Source: an uncultured delta proteobacterium
Lineage (GTDB): Bacteria > Desulfobacterota > Syntrophia > Syntrophales > UBA2192
Direction: 5' to 3'
NCBI GenBank assembly: GCA_963828305.1
Contig: CAWHEJ010000009.1
Span: forward strand, 16,984-80,983
Length of the DNA: 64,000 nucleotides
A program made the position numbers and the translations under genes. A model generated the notes under the pieces. That model did not search any database and was not told the origin of the DNA. It worked only from the letters and a program-made list of their open reading frames with translations. How positions within the stretch are numbered: position 1 is the first letter of the stretch; each line of letters begins with the position of its first letter. Positions 10,249 to 20,442 of the stretch are shown in pieces.

Positions 10249-11595
10249 TCAATCCTTTTTCTTTCTGAGCTTGTCGGCCACCTTCATTCCCGCATCGATG
10301 AGGCTCTTGTCGCGTCGCCTGTATTCCGAATGGGTATTCCCGACTTCACCGCCGATCTCCAGGTCAAAGGACGATGACTTTCTGGAGGCGATGCGCTGCG
10401 ATGGAAAGACGCTCCGATGCCCGGTCATCAGAAAGCTGATGACGCAGGAGATCGCAGCATAGGGCGCGATTGCCGGTCCGAAAAGCTCTATGGCCAGGAT
10501 GCTCATGGCAATCGGCGTATTGACGGCACCGGCGAGAACACTGACGAAGCCGATTGCGGCGAAGGTCATGCGGTCAAGCCCCAGGATCCCCCCGAAGAAA
10601 CTGCCCGCTAGGGCCCCTGCACAGATCAGGGGTGCGATGATCCCGCCGCTCCCCCCGAATGCGAACGTGACGCCCGTGAAGACGATCTTGATGAGGAAGG
10701 CGTACCATGCGATCTCGACGCCTTGAAGGGCCCGGTGGGTAAGGTCGACACCCAGCCCCAGATAATCCGTTGAAAAAAGAAACGTCATCCCGATGAGGAT
10801 CAGGCCCCCGATGATCCCATTGACAGGCCCCCAACGAAAAATCCGCTCCGCCATCTTCAAGCTCCATTGCAGCATCTCTGTGGCGAAGACGGCGCAAATG
10901 CCGAAAAAAAGACCCGCCACGATGACCACCAAGATAAACTCCTCGGATAGGTGGGGGATCGAGCCCAGGGGGACATGAAGATATGTGATGCCCAGCAGGG
11001 TGGAGACATGATAGCTCGTGATCCCGGCAATGAATGACGGCAGGAGCACCTCGTAGAGGATGCTGCCCATGAAGAGGACTTCGAGGCCGAAGATGGCACC
11101 GGCGACGGGCGCGCCCAATACCGATGCGAATCCGGCGCTGATCCCGCAGATGACAAGTTTCTTGCGATCTCCGTCGCCGAAACGAAGCAGGTCGGCCAGC
11201 AGGGAGGCCAGCGCGGCGCCGATCTGGGAGCAGGGGCCGATCTGTCCGACGGACCCGCCCGTTGAGGCCGTGATGATCGTTGCCGCCAGCTTGGCAGGAA
11301 TCACTTTAGCCCGGATTTTTCCGGACGATCGGTGGACGGCCTCGATCACCTTTTCCGTTCCGTACCCCTTGGCGTTGGGGTCCACATACCGGACGATGAG
11401 GCCGCTTACAAGCAACCCCAGGGGAAGAAGCAGGAAATAATAGGGGTAAGACGAGGCAATCCGGGTGCTCGAAGACAGGATACGGATGAACAGAGCCGTC
11501 GATACACCTACCATCGCACCAACGACTGTCGCCAGTACAACCCACTTGAGAACACTGACAAAAAGAACAGATTCTTCGATCAGTTTCCTGCGCAA
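10249..11595 (-). CDS. CLC-family chloride channel/transporter
   Basis: Multiple TM segments; AGFASVLGAPVAGAIFGLEV and NTPIA motifs; GQIGP where G(K/R)EGP is usual. Confidence 0.9.
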   Translation of the reverse strand: MRRKLIEESVLFVSVLKWVVLATVVGAMVGVSTALFIRILSSSTRIASSYPYYFLLLPLGLLVSGLIVRYVDPNAKGYGTEKVIEAVHRSSGKIRAKVIPAKLAATIITASTGGSVGQIGPCSQIGAALASLLADLLRFGDGDRKKLVICGISAGFASVLGAPVAGAIFGLEVLFMGSILYEVLLPSFIAGITSYHVSTLLGITYLHVPLGSIPHLSEEFILVVIVAGLFFGICAVFATEMLQWSLKMAERIFRWGPVNGIIGGLILIGMTFLFSTDYLGLGVDLTHRALQGVEIAWYAFLIKIVFTGVTFAFGGSGGIIAPLICAGALAGSFFGGILGLDRMTFAAIGFVSVLAGAVNTPIAMSILAIELFGPAIAPYAAISCVISFLMTGHRSVFPSQRIASRKSSSFDLEIGGEVGNTHSEYRRRDKSLIDAGMKVADKLRKKKD

Positions 11596-11716
11596 TCGTG
11601 AGATCTATCCTTTATGTGATGTTTAACGTGGTATGCTCGGAGCCCTGCCATGTCTATCTGATCCTCGCACGATCAGATCAGCGGTGAATGAAGAAGGTCT
11701 ATCGAATTTTGTCGAT

Positions 11717-12129
11717 TCACGGTGCGGCCGTCTTTCTGAGTTTGAACACTGTCGCCGTGTCTTTGCTGCTGCCCGGGACAAACAAAATTAAGCAGTTTCC
11801 CGTAGTGATCTGTCCGACGCACACATCCCCTGATCCAAGCCTGAGGTAGAGATATTCATTTTTCAGGTCTATCGCACCGGTTAATGGCACTCTGGATTCA
11901 ATCCGGTCTGCGCTGTTGATCAGGTACCCTTTGAACTGAGTTCCTTTTTGCTCCTCTATGACAAGTCTCATGCCACTGTAAAAGGAACGAATCCTTGCTG
12001 GGTAACATGGCGTATGACCCTGCCGGTCCACTTCCCTTTCAGATCGATGGTGACATCTTCGCCATATGCCACATTGCAAACAGCTATGAAGACGACGCAC
12101 GCAATGATCCTAGCTAACCATTTAATCAT
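11717..12129 (-). pseudogene. Exported hypothetical protein, probably frameshifted near 11977-11981
   Basis: Signal peptide plus DLKGKWTG in one frame; plausible beta-rich continuation (MRLVIEEQKGTQFKG...) in the adjacent frame. Confidence 0.45.
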
Positions 12130-12479
12130 ACTTAAAAAATTCACTAAGCATGCTTTAGTGCTTGATATATATAACATTTCCACTTTACTATTGCATCAAT
12201 TATTTGTACGCAATATAATAACATGCAAGAACATAAAAAGAAGGCCGCTACTGACCAGACCCAGGTAAAGATCATTTGATGATTACGGAAAGGTCATCCT
12301 TTCGATTCGAACACAAAATCCAGGACGATAGACGGATCACGGTAATCGGGTGCAGCTTTTTCCGATGGCAATGTTCACCTCCAATGCTGACTCGAGGTTT
12401 CCATCGAAGAAAAGGTTGAGGTAGAAGCAAGAGAAGCGCAGGGATACAAATAGAAGGGAGGAACCTCAAGGATAAATTT

Positions 12480-12983
12480 ATGACCTATAAAGACGGGGTG
12501 ATCGCCGAGATCGTGGATGATTTGAGACGAATCTTTCAGGCAGTCCATTCGTACACCAGGAGGGCAAAGAAGGAGTCGGGGCTGACAGGTCCTCAGCTCT
12601 GGGCGATCAAAATGATTGCAGATTCGGGATCGATCCGAGTGTCCGACCTTTCCAGGAAAATGTATCTGCATCCGGCGACCGTCATTGGCATATTGGACCG
12701 GCTAATGCGCCTCGGCCTGATCAAAAAAACGCGTTCACGCAAGGACCGTCGCGTCGTTCATGTAAGCCTGACAAAAGCAGGAAAAGAGGTGGTCGCACGG
12801 TCACCTGAAGTGGCTCAGGGCATGATCGTCTCCGGGCTGGAGTCTCTGTCTGCTCAGAGGCTCGGCAAGATTTCTGAGGGCATGAGGGAAATGGTAAGAA
12901 TTTTACAGGCACAGGAGCTGCCGCCGAAATTGCTTCTGTCACGGGAGGTAAATATCCCCGTTAATGCTCCGAGAAGGGGATAA
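12480..12983 (+). CDS. MarR-family transcriptional regulator
   Basis: GLTGPQLW, wHTH, DRRVV.V.LT..G. Confidence 0.92.
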   Translation: MTYKDGVIAEIVDDLRRIFQAVHSYTRRAKKESGLTGPQLWAIKMIADSGSIRVSDLSRKMYLHPATVIGILDRLMRLGLIKKTRSRKDRRVVHVSLTKAGKEVVARSPEVAQGMIVSGLESLSAQRLGKISEGMREMVRILQAQELPPKLLLSREVNIPVNAPRRG

Positions 12984-13171
12984 GCCACTATTCTCTCATC
13001 TTGATGCCTCCACATTCATTCCTGCTTTCGTTCTGAAACGATTCGTAATCGCTTGTGAATACTTCACAATACATCGTTCTCTTCTGATTGATCTAAGCCT
13101 TTTCCTTGGACTTGGCGGATGTAACATCTGCAGGACATTCTGACGAAACGAACCCAGAAAGGAGGTGCGTT

Positions 13172-13633
13172 ATGTATAAAAAAGTCCTTGTTCCATTGGA
13201 TGGCTCGGTACTCGCCGAATGCGCCTTGCCTGAGGTGAAACGCTTGGCGCTGTGCGGCTGTGTCGGGGAAGTGCTCCTTGTAAACGTGGTGGAAGATCCC
13301 ATGAGGGCGACATTCGAAGGAATGGAGGTTCTTAATCTCGTCGAGATTAAGAATAAATTGTACGATCACGCAAGAAAATATCTGGCGGACATTCAACCCA
13401 AGCTCATTGCGGAAAATATTAAAGTCAGCTCAGAGGTACTGAGTGGACGCGCCGCTCAATCCATCGTCGACTATGCAAAGGAAAACGGCGTTGATCTCAT
13501 CGTCATCGCTTCCCATGCTCATGCAGGCGTAAAAAAGTGGGTATTCGGCAGCGTGGCGCTCAGAGTGCTGCATGATGCTCATGTGCCTGTGCTCCTCATC
13601 AGGCCGGAATCTCATCAACTCGATGCTCATTAG
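13172..13633 (+). CDS. Universal stress protein
   Basis: MYKKVLVPLDGS...DLIVIASH...GSVA..VL. Confidence 0.92.
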   Translation: MYKKVLVPLDGSVLAECALPEVKRLALCGCVGEVLLVNVVEDPMRATFEGMEVLNLVEIKNKLYDHARKYLADIQPKLIAENIKVSSEVLSGRAAQSIVDYAKENGVDLIVIASHAHAGVKKWVFGSVALRVLHDAHVPVLLIRPESHQLDAH

Positions 13634-13644
13634 AAGACAACTTG

Positions 13645-13679
13645 GAGAGAGGCAGAGCCGCATTGATCCTGCCTCTCTC
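13645..13679. terminator. Hairpin between convergent usp and cusA
   Basis: GAGAGAGGCAG...CTGCCTCTCTC inverted repeat. Confidence 0.55.
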
Positions 13680-13950
13680 ATTTCCGAAACAGCCGTTGAC
13701 AGACGATCATGAGTCTATAATGGCTATTCGATCTTTATAACCACACTGCGAATCCGATACTCATTCAGTTAGCGCTTTCGTTGCTGACAACGACGATCTT
13801 CATCCCGTGCTGGACCTCGTGATGAGGGACCAACTCGATCATTTCGGGGTAAGGTTTCGATTGCGCGAACATAAAGCGCCGAAACCGAGCCCGGGCAAAC
13901 GGCCACATTTTTAGAAGACCACCTGGTTTAAATATTCTTCCTTCCGGGCA

Positions 13951-16900
13951 CTATGCCTTTGTATCTTCTTCAATGGTCACCGGCATTGCGGAAGGCTTTC
14001 CATCGAATTCCCGCCCGCGCCAGATCATGTAGATTGCGGGGTAGATTATGAGCTCGAGGATGGTGGAAGTGACGACGCCGCCGATCATGGGGGCGGCGAT
14101 GCGCTTCATGATATCGGCCCCCGTCCCATTGCTGAACATGATTGGGATGAGTCCCGCCAGGATGACGCTCACCGTCATTATCTTGGGCCGGATCCGCTTT
14201 ACGGCTCCGTGCATGATGCTGTCTTCGAGGTCTTTCAGGCTGCGCAGTCGCCCTTCTTTTTTCCACTGCTCATATGCCAGCTCCAGGTAAAGGAGCATGA
14301 TCACCCCCGTCTCGGCATCGAGGCCCGCCAGGGCGATGATGCCTACCCAGACGGCAATGCTCATGTTGTAATTGAGCAGGTAGAGAAACCAGAAGGACCC
14401 CACGAGGGAAAAGGGAACAGCCAGCAGTACGATCAGCGTTTTGGTTGTCGACTTTGTATTGAAATAGATGAGGACGAAGATAATGAGGAGCGTCAGCGGG
14501 ATGACGATCTTCAGTCTTTCGTGTGTGGTGATGAGATATTCGTATTCTCCGCTCCACTGCAGGCGATACCCCTCGGGTATCTTCAACGAGGCTACTTTGG
14601 CTTTGGCTTCGTCCACATAGCCCCCCACGTCGCGACCTGAAAAGTCAATGAAAACGTAGGAAACCAGAAGGCCCTCCTCGCTCTTGATGGCCGTAGGCCC
14701 CTTGACAAATTGGATATCGGCAAGCTGTCCCAAGGGGACCTGCATCATCGGCTTCACGGCCGACATCGGGGACGAAGATGCCTGGGATGGTTGCGACATG
14801 ACGGGAATCAGGACACGTTTGAGGGTCTCCACGTCGTTTCGCATCTCCCGGGGGTAACGGACGTTGACGGGAAACCGACCCCTGCCTTCGATCGTCGTGG
14901 TCAGATTCATGCCGCCGACAGCGGACTGGATCACCTCCTGGACATCATCGACAGTGAGACCGTAACGGGCCGCCTCCTGGCGGTTGATATTGAAGTCGAG
15001 AAAATACCCGGTGGTGACCCTCTCGGCATAGACGCTCCGGGTGCCGGGGACATCCTTCAAGTGATGCTCAAGCTGAAGGCCGATCTTTTCGAGTTCCTCG
15101 ATCTTCGGCCCCATGATCTTGATCCCCACTGGGGTGCGGATGCCCGTGGCCAGCATGTCGATGCGGGCCTTGATGGGCATCGTAAAGGAGTTGGCCACCC
15201 CGGGAATCGTGAGGGCGTCGTTCATCTCGTTCTTGAGCTTCTCCACCGTCATCCCCGGCCGCCACTGCGACTCGGGCTTGAGGTTGATGACAGTCTCGAA
15301 CATCTCCAGGGGGGCGGGGTCTGTCGCCGTCTCGGCACGGCCCGCCTTGCCGAAGACCTGGGCCACCTCGGGGATCTGCATCAGGAGCTTGTCCTGGAGC
15401 TGGAGGAGCTTCGACGCCTCGGAAATCGAAATGGCCGGGACCGTCACGGGCATGTAGAACAGGGTGCCTTCATAGAGGGGCGGCATGAACTCCGTGCCCA
15501 GTTTCATGAAGGGATAAACGGTAACGGCCATGATGACGAGGGCCGCAACGATGACCGTCTTCTTGAATCGCAGGGCGAAATGGGCCACCGGTTCATAAAT
15601 CCTGTGGAGGATCATGCTGACGGGATTTCGATCCTCTGGCCTGATTTCTCCACGAATGAAGAGCGTCATCAGCATGGGGGTCAGCGTCACGGCCAGCAGG
15701 GACGAGAAGAGCATGGCAAAGGTCTTCGTGTAGGCCAGGGGCTTGAAGAGCCTTCCCGCCTGGGCCTGCAGGGTAAAGACGGGAAGAAACCCCACGGTGA
15801 TGACGAGAAGCGAAAAGAAGAGCGACGGCCCCACTTCCTTTGCCGCATCGATGATGACCTCGATGCGGCTCCCGGGCCCCCCTGCCGCCTCCCACTCCTC
15901 GAGCTTCTTGTGGGCGTTTTCCACCATGATGATGGAGGCGTCCACCATGGCCCCGATGGCGATGGCGATTCCGGAAAGGCTCATGATGTTCGACGTCACG
16001 CCCAGGTAGAACATGCAGATGAAGGACATGATGATCGCCACGGGCAGCGTGCAGATGACCACGAGCGCGCTGGGCAGGTGAAAGAGAAAAACGAGGCAGA
16101 CCACGCTGACGGCGATGGTCAGTTTTAGGATCTCTTCTTTCAGTGTATCGATGGCGCGGTGGATCAGATCGGAGCGGTCGTAGGTCGTGACGATCTTCAC
16201 CCCTTTGGGAAGACTGGGCTCGATATCCCGCTTCAGCCGCTCCTTTACCCGCTCGATGACATTCAGGACATTCTCCCCGAAGCGCACGACGACGATGCCG
16301 CCCGCCACCTCGCCCCGACCGTCGAGGTCCGCCAGGCCGCGCCTGATCTCCGGGCCGATCTGCACGCGCGCCACGTCCCTCAAGAAAACCGGAGTCCCCC
16401 CGCTGCCCGGTCCCAGGGGGATATCTTCTATGTCCTTCGTTGACTGGATGTACCCCCTCCCCCTCACCATGTACTCGAAGCCCGAAAGTTCGAGCACGCG
16501 CCCTTCCACATCGCGGTTGCTCTTTTTGACGGCCTCGAGGACCTTTGTGATGGGGATGTTGAAGGCCGCAAGGCGGTTGGGGTCGACGGTCACCTGGTAC
16601 TGCTTCACGAAACCGCCGATGGAAGCCACCTGGGAAACCCCCGGGACGCTCTCCAGCGCGAGCTTGATGTTGTAATCCTGGATGGTGCGCAGTTGCGCAA
16701 GGTCGTGCTGCCCTGTCTCATCCACCACGGCATAGGAAAATCCCCAGCCGAGACTCGTCGCATCGGGCCCCAGGACCGGATTGACGTCCGCCGGTAGTTT
16801 GTTTTTCACGGCCTGCAGGTATTCCAGGATCCGGCTTCGCGCCCAGTAGATGTCCGTACCTTCTTCGAATATGACATAAATGAAGGAACTGCCCAGGAAA

Positions 16901-17157
16901 GAGTATCCGCGTACAACCTGAACCTTGGGGGCTGCGAGAAGGGTGGAAGAAATGGGATAGGTGACCTGGTCCTCGATGAGGTCCGGGCTTCGGCCGAGCC
17001 ACTCCGTGTAGATAATGACCTGCGTGTCGGAAAGATCGGGGATGGCGTCAAGCGGCGTGTTCTTCATCGCCCAGGTTCCCCAGGCAATGGCGGCCGCCAC
17101 GAAGAGGATGACGACAAACTTGTTTCGGGCGCTGTAGTCGATGATCCGGGCTATCAT
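13951..17157 (-). CDS. cusA: CusA/CzcA heavy-metal RND efflux transporter
   Basis: DAIPDLSDTQV, GAMVDASII, GKAGRAETATDPAPLEM, RIRPKIMT. Confidence 0.95.
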   Translation of the reverse strand: MIARIIDYSARNKFVVILFVAAAIAWGTWAMKNTPLDAIPDLSDTQVIIYTEWLGRSPDLIEDQVTYPISSTLLAAPKVQVVRGYSFLGSSFIYVIFEEGTDIYWARSRILEYLQAVKNKLPADVNPVLGPDATSLGWGFSYAVVDETGQHDLAQLRTIQDYNIKLALESVPGVSQVASIGGFVKQYQVTVDPNRLAAFNIPITKVLEAVKKSNRDVEGRVLELSGFEYMVRGRGYIQSTKDIEDIPLGPGSGGTPVFLRDVARVQIGPEIRRGLADLDGRGEVAGGIVVVRFGENVLNVIERVKERLKRDIEPSLPKGVKIVTTYDRSDLIHRAIDTLKEEILKLTIAVSVVCLVFLFHLPSALVVICTLPVAIIMSFICMFYLGVTSNIMSLSGIAIAIGAMVDASIIMVENAHKKLEEWEAAGGPGSRIEVIIDAAKEVGPSLFFSLLVITVGFLPVFTLQAQAGRLFKPLAYTKTFAMLFSSLLAVTLTPMLMTLFIRGEIRPEDRNPVSMILHRIYEPVAHFALRFKKTVIVAALVIMAVTVYPFMKLGTEFMPPLYEGTLFYMPVTVPAISISEASKLLQLQDKLLMQIPEVAQVFGKAGRAETATDPAPLEMFETVINLKPESQWRPGMTVEKLKNEMNDALTIPGVANSFTMPIKARIDMLATGIRTPVGIKIMGPKIEELEKIGLQLEHHLKDVPGTRSVYAERVTTGYFLDFNINRQEAARYGLTVDDVQEVIQSAVGGMNLTTTIEGRGRFPVNVRYPREMRNDVETLKRVLIPVMSQPSQASSSPMSAVKPMMQVPLGQLADIQFVKGPTAIKSEEGLLVSYVFIDFSGRDVGGYVDEAKAKVASLKIPEGYRLQWSGEYEYLITTHERLKIVIPLTLLIIFVLIYFNTKSTTKTLIVLLAVPFSLVGSFWFLYLLNYNMSIAVWVGIIALAGLDAETGVIMLLYLELAYEQWKKEGRLRSLKDLEDSIMHGAVKRIRPKIMTVSVILAGLIPIMFSNGTGADIMKRIAAPMIGGVVTSTILELIIYPAIYMIWRGREFDGKPSAMPVTIEEDTKA

Positions 17158-17164
17158 GCAGAGA

Positions 17165-17209
17165 TCCGTCTATTCCGTCTGTTCAGTCTGTCCCGTCTAT
17201 TCCGTCAAA
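17165..17209. repeat. Degenerate 9-bp tandem repeat (TCCGTCTRT x5) in the cusB-cusA spacer
   Basis: tccgtctat tccgtctgt tcagtctgt cccgtctat tccgtcaaa. Confidence 0.7.
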
Positions 17210-17227
17210 TCCCCCTGTACCCTTTTT

Positions 17228-18463
17228 TCAGTGCTTATGCCCCGCGCCTTCCAAAGGCTTGACGCCCTTGAGCTGGGCTTCGGAGTCGACCAGGAAGGCG
17301 GCTGAAGCGGCGACTTTCTCACCGGTCTTCAGGCCCATGAGCACTTCCCGATATCCTTCCGCCCTCAGCCCCAGCATGACTTCCCTCGGTTCGAAATACC
17401 CGTCGCCCTTGTCCACGTAAACGATCTGACGGGTGCCCGTGTCAATAACGGCATCATTGGGGATGGCCAGCTTGCTGCCCAGGTTAATCTTAATCTCGAC
17501 GGAGCTGTACATCTGCGGCTTGAGTCGGCCATCGGGGTTGGGGATGGTGAACCGTACCCGGGCCGTCCTCGTCTCGCCGGAGAGCGTCGGGTAAACATAA
17601 TCGATCTTCGATTTGAACTCTTTCCCGGGGACATAGCTCAGACTGATGGATGCCGTCTCGCCCACCCGGATGGAGGACAATTCATATTCATAGATATCGG
17701 CAATGACCCATACGGTGGAGAGATCGGCTACATCGAAGAGCTTTTCTCCCGGCATGACCTTCATTCCCTGCAGGACCATTTTCTGTACAATGTACCCGTT
17801 GGTGGGGCTGTAGATGGTCAGGGTCCTCCGGGCCTTTCCCGTCTGCTCCAGTTCCCGGATCTGGGCCTCCGAGATGTCGTAGCGCTGCAACCTTTTCCTG
17901 GCCGCCTCGACGAGGGCCTCGGCGTCTCTGGAGAGCATCGCCCCCGTTCCGGCATCGGCCCACTTCTGCCTGCGCCATTTCAAGATATTCAGATACTCTT
18001 CCTGGGTCGCCAGGAGTTCCGGGCTGTAGAGCTCCGCCATCGGCTCTCCCTGACGGACATAACGCCCCGTATAATCGATATAAAGCTTTTCGATCCACCC
18101 TTCGACCTTGGTGTTTACCGTTCTGAGCTTGCGCTCGTCATATTCGATCCGGCCGACCGTCCTGATCACCTTGCGAAGGGGCCGCAGGACTGCAGGGACC
18201 GTTTTCACCCCGATCATCTGCTGCTTTTCCGTCGTGATTTCAACGGTCGGGGTCTCTTCCGATGCCGATGACTCCGGCGCCGCAGTCGGGGCCGGTGCGG
18301 TCCCCCCATGGCCCTCGTGCCCGGCTGAAGAGGCGCTCTGCGCGGATGCAGAGGATGGGGGTTTCGCCTCGAGCCACATCTGCGGCTCAACACCCGCCAT
18401 GTAAAGCAGGAACCCCGCTGCAAGGAGCGCCGCACCGATGGTGAGCATGTGTTTTTTCTTCAT
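17228..18463 (-). CDS. cusB: CusB-type RND periplasmic adaptor
   Basis: GWIEKLY, LYSPELLATQEEY, LKPQMY, FLVDSEAQL. Confidence 0.92.
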   Translation of the reverse strand: MKKKHMLTIGAALLAAGFLLYMAGVEPQMWLEAKPPSSASAQSASSAGHEGHGGTAPAPTAAPESSASEETPTVEITTEKQQMIGVKTVPAVLRPLRKVIRTVGRIEYDERKLRTVNTKVEGWIEKLYIDYTGRYVRQGEPMAELYSPELLATQEEYLNILKWRRQKWADAGTGAMLSRDAEALVEAARKRLQRYDISEAQIRELEQTGKARRTLTIYSPTNGYIVQKMVLQGMKVMPGEKLFDVADLSTVWVIADIYEYELSSIRVGETASISLSYVPGKEFKSKIDYVYPTLSGETRTARVRFTIPNPDGRLKPQMYSSVEIKINLGSKLAIPNDAVIDTGTRQIVYVDKGDGYFEPREVMLGLRAEGYREVLMGLKTGEKVAASAAFLVDSEAQLKGVKPLEGAGHKH

Positions 18464-18506
18464 CTTCACCGCCCGCGGGATTTGAAGTTTATGTTCCGAA
18501 CCCGCC

Positions 18507-19784
18507 TCATGGAGCCAGATCCCCCGTATACGCCCCGATCCTCGCGATGGCCTTCTGCCGCTCCGAAAACTGGTTCCAATAGAGGATGTCAAATTCGAGC
18601 AGGGCCTTGAGACGCGTGACGACCGTGAGGGCATCGGCCTTCCCGATCGAATAGGCGGCTAGGGCCGCCTCGTAATCCTGGGACGTCTTGGGGATCAGCG
18701 CATTCCTGTAAAGCTCCATAAGCCTCTGAGCCGAGGTCGCCATCGCGAAATTCTCGCGGATGGTTGACGAAATCATGAATTTTGTCGCCTCGAGCTCGTG
18801 TTTTGCTTCCAGAAGCTGCGCGCTGGCCTCTTTCACGGCCGGCTCCTGTCTGGTGCTGAAATAAACAGGCAGATTGATGGATGCCGTGAGCTTGTACATG
18901 TTCGTGTAATCCCCGCCCCGCTGATCCGTGCCGGCATTCAGCGTCACATCGGGAATATACTCTTTTTTCGCCAATCTCACCTTCGCCTCAGTGCCTTCAA
19001 TTATCTTCTCTTTCGCCCGAATCTCCGGGGAGCGATCATAGGCCTTTTTCACCAGTTCACCGAGTGTCTCGTCCAGTCTCGCCTCGCGTCCCGTTGCGGG
19101 CCGCCCCAGGGGCAGGCTTGTGTCTCTCCCGACAAAGAGGTTCAGCATTCCCTCCAGGGTCTGGATCTTCTGCCGGAGCATCTCCTCCTTCTCCTGAAGC
19201 ATATATTTTTCCGCCTGCGCCATGATGGCGTCCTGCTGAGGCGCCATGCCGGACGCATATCTCGCGAGGGCCGCATCCTCCAGGCTCGTAAACAGAGCCT
19301 TCCTGTCCCCGATGATATCGAGGCTCTTGTAGACAAAGAACAGCTCGTAGTAATTCTCGATCACCTTCGAGATGACCCTGCGCTGGAGAGCTTCATAGGC
19401 GGCCTGCTGGCTTTCAGCATCTGCCTTTGCCATGTCCTCCTTCAGGCCCCGTTTGCCCGCGAAGGGAAATGTCTGGGACAGCTCGAACATCCATTTCGAG
19501 TCGGGCGATTTCCCGTATGTGTAACTGTTCAGGTCGTCGTTCTGATATCCGAAGCTGAACATGGGATCCGGCAGGCTCCCCGCCTGCGGAACCTTGTATG
19601 TATAAGCCCCGACCCTGTACTGGGCGGCCAGCATTTCCCGGTTATTGCGCAGCGCTTCATCGATGAGCCACCCGAGGTCCAACACCTCTGCGTTAACCGG
19701 GGACACACCGAGAAGTGCAATCACCAGGAAAGAAAGGATTTTCAGAAAGGGGCCTCTGTTCCCGGAATGGATTCGGTGCTCCAT
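18507..19784 (-). CDS. TolC-family outer-membrane efflux protein
   Basis: Signal peptide; LPDP and SQTFPF.GKR motifs; upstream of cusBA. Confidence 0.88.
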   Translation of the reverse strand: MEHRIHSGNRGPFLKILSFLVIALLGVSPVNAEVLDLGWLIDEALRNNREMLAAQYRVGAYTYKVPQAGSLPDPMFSFGYQNDDLNSYTYGKSPDSKWMFELSQTFPFAGKRGLKEDMAKADAESQQAAYEALQRRVISKVIENYYELFFVYKSLDIIGDRKALFTSLEDAALARYASGMAPQQDAIMAQAEKYMLQEKEEMLRQKIQTLEGMLNLFVGRDTSLPLGRPATGREARLDETLGELVKKAYDRSPEIRAKEKIIEGTEAKVRLAKKEYIPDVTLNAGTDQRGGDYTNMYKLTASINLPVYFSTRQEPAVKEASAQLLEAKHELEATKFMISSTIRENFAMATSAQRLMELYRNALIPKTSQDYEAALAAYSIGKADALTVVTRLKALLEFDILYWNQFSERQKAIARIGAYTGDLAP

Positions 19785-19957
19785 CGGAAATCGCTCTCCT
19801 TGCAAGGGGAAGATCCCCTGTCTCGAGAGGTTCAGGGAAAAAGGGGAGATGGTGCCCGCCGGGTGATCACCCGACGGGCACCATCTCTGTCGGAATGGCT
19901 GAAGACATCTCGCCACGGAGCAGAGTCACAGGCCCCACGACGGAATCTGCGTTTGTC

Positions 19958-20347
19958 CTAGTTCGCATCAAAGGTGAACTTTGTTGAAACCGTCTTGCCC
20001 TGGCTCGTGATCTTGATATTGACATACCAGGGCCCCTTCATGGAAATGTTGAGAACGGTGTGATACCCCTCGCCATGGCTCATGGTGTCGGCTTTATAGG
20101 CCATGGGCGGCATCCCGGGCATGGCCGACATCCCATAATCCACCATCACCTTCGCATCTTTCACGGGTTTGCCGGCCTTGTCCGTAATAACTATTTCCAT
20201 GTTGTTGATCCCCACGGACGGGGGATTTTTATCCATTGTGATACTGACGGAATAATCCCCTGCCTTCCGGGTCACCTCGTAGGACTTTGCAAAGGCAAGC
20301 CCGGCAGACAGCAACAGGATCAATGCAACGGCAATAAATTTCTTCAT
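19958..20347 (-). CDS. FixH/YtkA-like periplasmic protein (paralog of 7671-8057)
   Basis: FAK.YEV..KAGDYSV, MSAMPGMPPM, KFT.DA. Confidence 0.75.
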   Translation of the reverse strand: MKKFIAVALILLLSAGLAFAKSYEVTRKAGDYSVSITMDKNPPSVGINNMEIVITDKAGKPVKDAKVMVDYGMSAMPGMPPMAYKADTMSHGEGYHTVLNISMKGPWYVNIKITSQGKTVSTKFTFDAN

Positions 20348-20442
20348 TCCATTCTCCTTGACGGCAGGAACGACGGTTCCTGCTCCCATTTTATTTCGAT
20401 TAAAGTAATGACCATTCCCCCTGAACGTCAAGGGGGCGCCGC

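Noticed and set aside
11596-11716. Fluoride riboswitch upstream of the CLC gene
   Set aside because: No GATGGxGTTC...GCTGATGAC pattern, and the protein lacks CLC-F motifs (GNNLI/GREGT).
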